Shown here: positions 60,501-64,000 of the stretch, in pieces
Layout of the letters: every line of letters starts with the position of its first letter
Numbering within the stretch: position 1 is the stretch's first letter
From: Rhizaria sp. SCN 62-66
Lineage: Eukaryota
DNA: 64,000 nucleotides
Direction: 5' to 3'
Assembly: GCA_001724265.1 (NCBI GenBank)
Contig: MEDY01000058.1
Coordinates: 1 to 64,000 of the forward strand
The notes under the pieces: model-generated
Told to the model about the DNA's origin: nothing
The model's database searches: none
What the model saw: only the letters and a program-made list of their open reading frames with translations
Position numbers and translations under genes: made by a program

Positions 60501-62014
60501 GCTGGCGTGTTGGCGTCTTCAAAGCCATCGTCGTCGTAGGCGTCGTAGTCTGTGTCGCCGTCACCGTCCGCACCGGCGCCGCCAGAATTAGCGGCATCGC
60601 CAGGATTAGCATTAGCGAAATCGCCAGGATTAGCGTCAGCACCGACAGGAGCATCATGACCGTTGTTGTTGACAGCAGGCACAGAGTCAGTGCGCGTGAC
60701 TGCGTTGCTCGAAACAGGGTGCCGTTGCTGTTGCTGCTGCTGTAGCTGCGCAGCTGCCATGGTGACATTAGCGTGCGTGCTAAAATGACTAAAGTTAAGA
60801 CTGTAGTTGTTGCTGTGGCTACTGTCCAGCCCCTCGCGCCCGAGATCAACACCGGGAGTGGCATGATTGGCGTCGTCGTTGCGGTCGCGGTTCAAAAAGG
60901 CGCGATTGGGAGCACCGGCGTGGACATCGTGATCGCCATTGTCAGCGGTTGTGTCGTTGACGAAGTTTTGGCTGTAGTTATTGGGTGTCGTGGTGTTAAA
61001 GTAGTCGCTACAGCTGGCAGCAGTCGCGTTGATGTGTGCATCGTTCGCGCTCGTATTCGCATCAGCAGCAGCGGCAGCGGGAACGTTACTGCTTGCGGGA
61101 ATGTTGTCATTGTGATTACTGTTATTGTTGTTATTATTACTGTTGCTGTTGTTGTTGTTGCTGACGCTCGTGCTGTAGTTGCCAAACTCGTCAGTGTAGT
61201 CTCCAGTGCCTTCGTCGTTCTTGTTGATAACTGCAGCAGCCATCAGAGCAGCACCAGCACCAGCCTCACCGCCATGTGCGGCAGCGCCGTTCGGCATCGT
61301 AGTCGGGGCTGGAGCGGCGGCAGGCTGCGGGTGCGTCAACAGCCGCTGCTCTTGCTAATTGTAGTGTTGCTGTTGTTGCTGTTGCTGCTGTTCTTGCTGC
61401 AATAACGAGTGTTGCTGCAGCTGTAGCTGTAATGGTTGCTGCAATGGTTGCGGCTGCTGTTGTTGTTGCTGCGGCTGCTGCTGCCACGTTGGCTGCTGCT
61501 GCTGCTGTTGCTGCTGCTGCGGCTGCGGTGGCTGTGGGGGCTGTGACCATGCCTGATGATGTTGCTGTGGCTGCTGTTGCTGATACTGGCCAAAGACAGA
61601 CGTCGAAACAGAGAATGCAGGCCCAGTGGCAAAGCTGGCGCCACCGTAGTTGCCACTGCCATCGCCACTACTGCTGCTGCTGCTGCTGCTGCTGCTTGAA
61701 CTTGAGCTCGTGTCAGTACCTTGCGCTAACGCGCCGCTTTGCTGCGCCAGCGCAGGCCCGTATGCACCGCCAGCACCGGGAGCAGGCGCAAACGGCGCAA
61801 CCCCTTGCGCTGGGTACTGCGGCGCCGCGTTATAGCCAGGAGCGGAGGTGGGCGTGAAGGCGGATGTCGCGGGGCCTGCTGGGGCAGTTACTGCCGGCGC
61901 GGGCGGCGCGGGGCCTGGGGCACCCTGGGGGGCCGGGGGTTGGCCTGCGGCGGTGGCAGCGCGGAGGGCCGCAAGCTTACTTAGGTCCAGCATGCTGCGC
62001 TGGGCGCGGCTCAT
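48580..62014 (-). CDS. Giant (~4,430 codons) low-complexity protein of unknown function with two in-frame TAG codons; exons 62014-50779, 50639-48580
   Basis: ORFs 61355..62014, 51092..61339 and 50744..50977 share one frame and are separated only by TAG (61355-61357, 51092-51094). A phase-1 intron gtacgt..tttcag joins them to ORF 48580..50640. TGA stop. Confidence 0.65.
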
Positions 62015-62764
62015 TGTGTGAAGAAGGGCTTCGCCCGGGCGGGCTGCTGGGAAGGCGTCGGGATGGGGTCGATAGGGATCCTGTGGGGCGAATCAATAAA
62101 ACAAGCGGTGCGACACAGGAAGTCCGTCAGATCGAAAATTTAATACGTTTCAAGATGTTTTACAAGCGGTAATTAGTCATAATTTGAATCATGGATCTAT
62201 AAAACAACAATGTGCCTGTAAATACTTTGTTCAATGTTGCCCCAGCTTAGACTGCAAGGCCGACAGTCGCTCGAGCTTCACGATCAATCGACCACAACAA
62301 AAAGCGCGATAATATCTAACTTCAGATCGTCACAGAGAGATCATACCGTACTATGATATACTATCGGTACAATTCTATATTATCATTCACCAACACCTTC
62401 TGAATCCTTTTTTTGCGAAAAGAATCCTTCTTTAGAATCTTGATAGCGCCAGCGCATCCTCACAACCGTTCTTATTCACGGGGCATTATCCCCTCGGCTG
62501 AACTGCACTGTCATTGGCAAAGCAGACTGACTCATTACTAGATTGTGTTGTACCTTGCTAATACCGCGTAATTCAGTGACTAACCGCGCCAATCAGCTCT
62601 GACCCCCTTCCCCCCTCCACGAACACCACACAACCGTCACTGCATTTTGCACGCACTCAGTCCCTCGAGAGCGCCAACCATTCCTGCAGACGGCCACAAC
62701 CTCTTCTTAAGCTACGTGTACAGTACTCGTTGTGTTTACCGGCTTCAACGCTTGTGATATGCCG

Positions 62765-63337
62765 ATGCACATGAACATCACCGCGACCGCCGACGCGGCG
62801 ACGGCCACCGCAACTGCGCTCTACAGCTCGCTCCTCGCGCACCTGGGCTCGGCCGTGCTGTGGTACGCCGCCGTCCCGCTGGCCGCGCTCTACCTTTTCC
62901 TCTTCCCCACGGCCACGCGCTGGCTTATGCTCGCGGTGATGCTGCTCTTCACGTCGGTCGAGTTCGCGCTCTACTTCGGCCTCCGCTACCTCATCTACCT
63001 CCTAGAGCGGTTCCGCACCACAGCGCGCCGCAACGCCGCGCTGCGCCGCGCCGTGCGCTCGGGCGAGGGCTGTGAGAGCTACGCCGACTGGCGCGCCAAG
63101 GCGCTGCAGCTGGACGTCGAGGACGGCCGCGAGGCCTGGAAGCACGCCGACGGGGGCGACTTCAACGCGCCGCTGGTGCGCGCGCTGACGGCTGACCTCA
63201 AAGAGGCCATGCGGCGCGTGCAGAGGGCCGTCGATGCGCTGGACCACGAGAGGCGGACTCTGGAGGAGAGCGAGGTGTTGGGGGCGATCGCCGGCGCAGT
63301 GAGCGGCGCCGCCGGCCTCGGCAGCCACGGTGACGCC

Positions 63338-63380
<43 letters not shown>

Positions 63381-64000
63381 ACGGTGAGGACAATAGCGGC
63401 CCCAACAGCGATGCTGACCGCAGCCAGTGCCACAGCGATGACGGCCACCACAGCCACGGCACCGAGAGCGGCGACGACGACGACAACGACGCCGACGGAG
63501 ACGGAGACTGGTCGGACGCAAGCGCGGGAAGCAACCGGAGCAGTGCGCAGAGCTACTCGAGCATCGGCCTCAGCCATAGCCATAGCCATAGCCACAGCGG
63601 TAGCTTTCTGCTTGACGACGACGCCGGCGCCGTGGGCGACAGCGACGAGGACGAGGACGACGACGACGATGACACTGCCTCTGTCGCTGAGGCCAAGGAC
63701 CGTGTGCGTGACCGTGACCATGTGCGGGACCGTGTCCCGGACCGCGCCGCTGCCAAACTGCCCGCCAGTCGTAGCCACACCAGCGGCGTCAGCCCGAGCA
63801 GTGCCCGCAAGCGCAGCAGCGGCCACGGCCACGGCCACAGCCAGCACACGAGCAAAAGCGGCACTTCGGCGATTCCTGTTCCAGCCTCGAGTTCGTCGTC
63901 GTCGAGGCGGCTTACCGCATCACAGAAGCAGCTTGAGTTCTCAGAGGGGCGGCTTGACTATTCGCCGCCCCGTGAGGGCAGTGTGTTGGTTTCCCGTGCA
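62765..64000 (+). CDS. 5' part of a patatin-type triacylglycerol lipase (SDP1/Tgl3-5 family, DUF3336-like N-terminus); runs off the window
   Basis: My translation from ATG 62765 gives two hydrophobic helices, then LRYLIYLLER..ALRRAVRSGEGCESYADWRAKALQLDVEDGREAWK..DFNAPLVRALTADLKEA, typical of DUF3336. The patatin domain is not in the window. Confidence 0.7.

Noticed and set aside
50760-62172. Long plus-strand ORFs (e.g. 51389..54766) opposite the giant gene, and similar antisense ORFs at 31695..34714
   Set aside because: Antisense mirrors of real coding frames.
8648-64000. Functional clustering of lipid genes (HSL-like, tafazzin, SDP1-like) or of general transcription factors (TAF1, TFIIB)
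   Set aside because: The genes are interspersed with unrelated ones on mixed strands, and no shared regulatory element was seen.
1-64000. CRISPR arrays, rRNA, transposase or reverse-transcriptase genes
   Set aside because: None seen; all repeats are simple coding microsatellites without spacers or terminal repeats.

Overview
Gene-dense, GC-rich nuclear DNA of a microbial eukaryote, with short AT-rich spliceosomal introns that mostly use a GTACG(T/C) donor. The lineage cannot be assigned from this window. I assembled spliced gene models by hand. They encode a secreted RNase T2, the DASH/Dam1 kinetochore subunit Ask1, a ~3,850-aa hormone-sensitive-lipase-like hydrolase, TAF1, a Rab GTPase, a Q-rich unknown protein, a ZnT5/Msc2-type zinc transporter, tafazzin, TFIIB, a ~4,430-codon unknown protein and the start of an SDP1/TGL-type lipase. 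There are also broken loci: a frameshifted cyclophilin-like ORF, an orphan histidine ammonia-lyase fragment and a spliced ORF with several in-frame stops. The main oddity is that six in-frame TAG codons interrupt otherwise continuous reading frames, while none of the inferred true gene ends uses TAG. This suggests possible UAG reassignment or readthrough, though C->T decay remains a serious alternative. Also notable are an HSL-family enzyme with Cys at the nucleophile position, an Ask1 with a ~770-aa tail rich in kinase-site motifs, and an RNase T2 with a large internal insertion. All family assignments come from motif recognition, not database searches.
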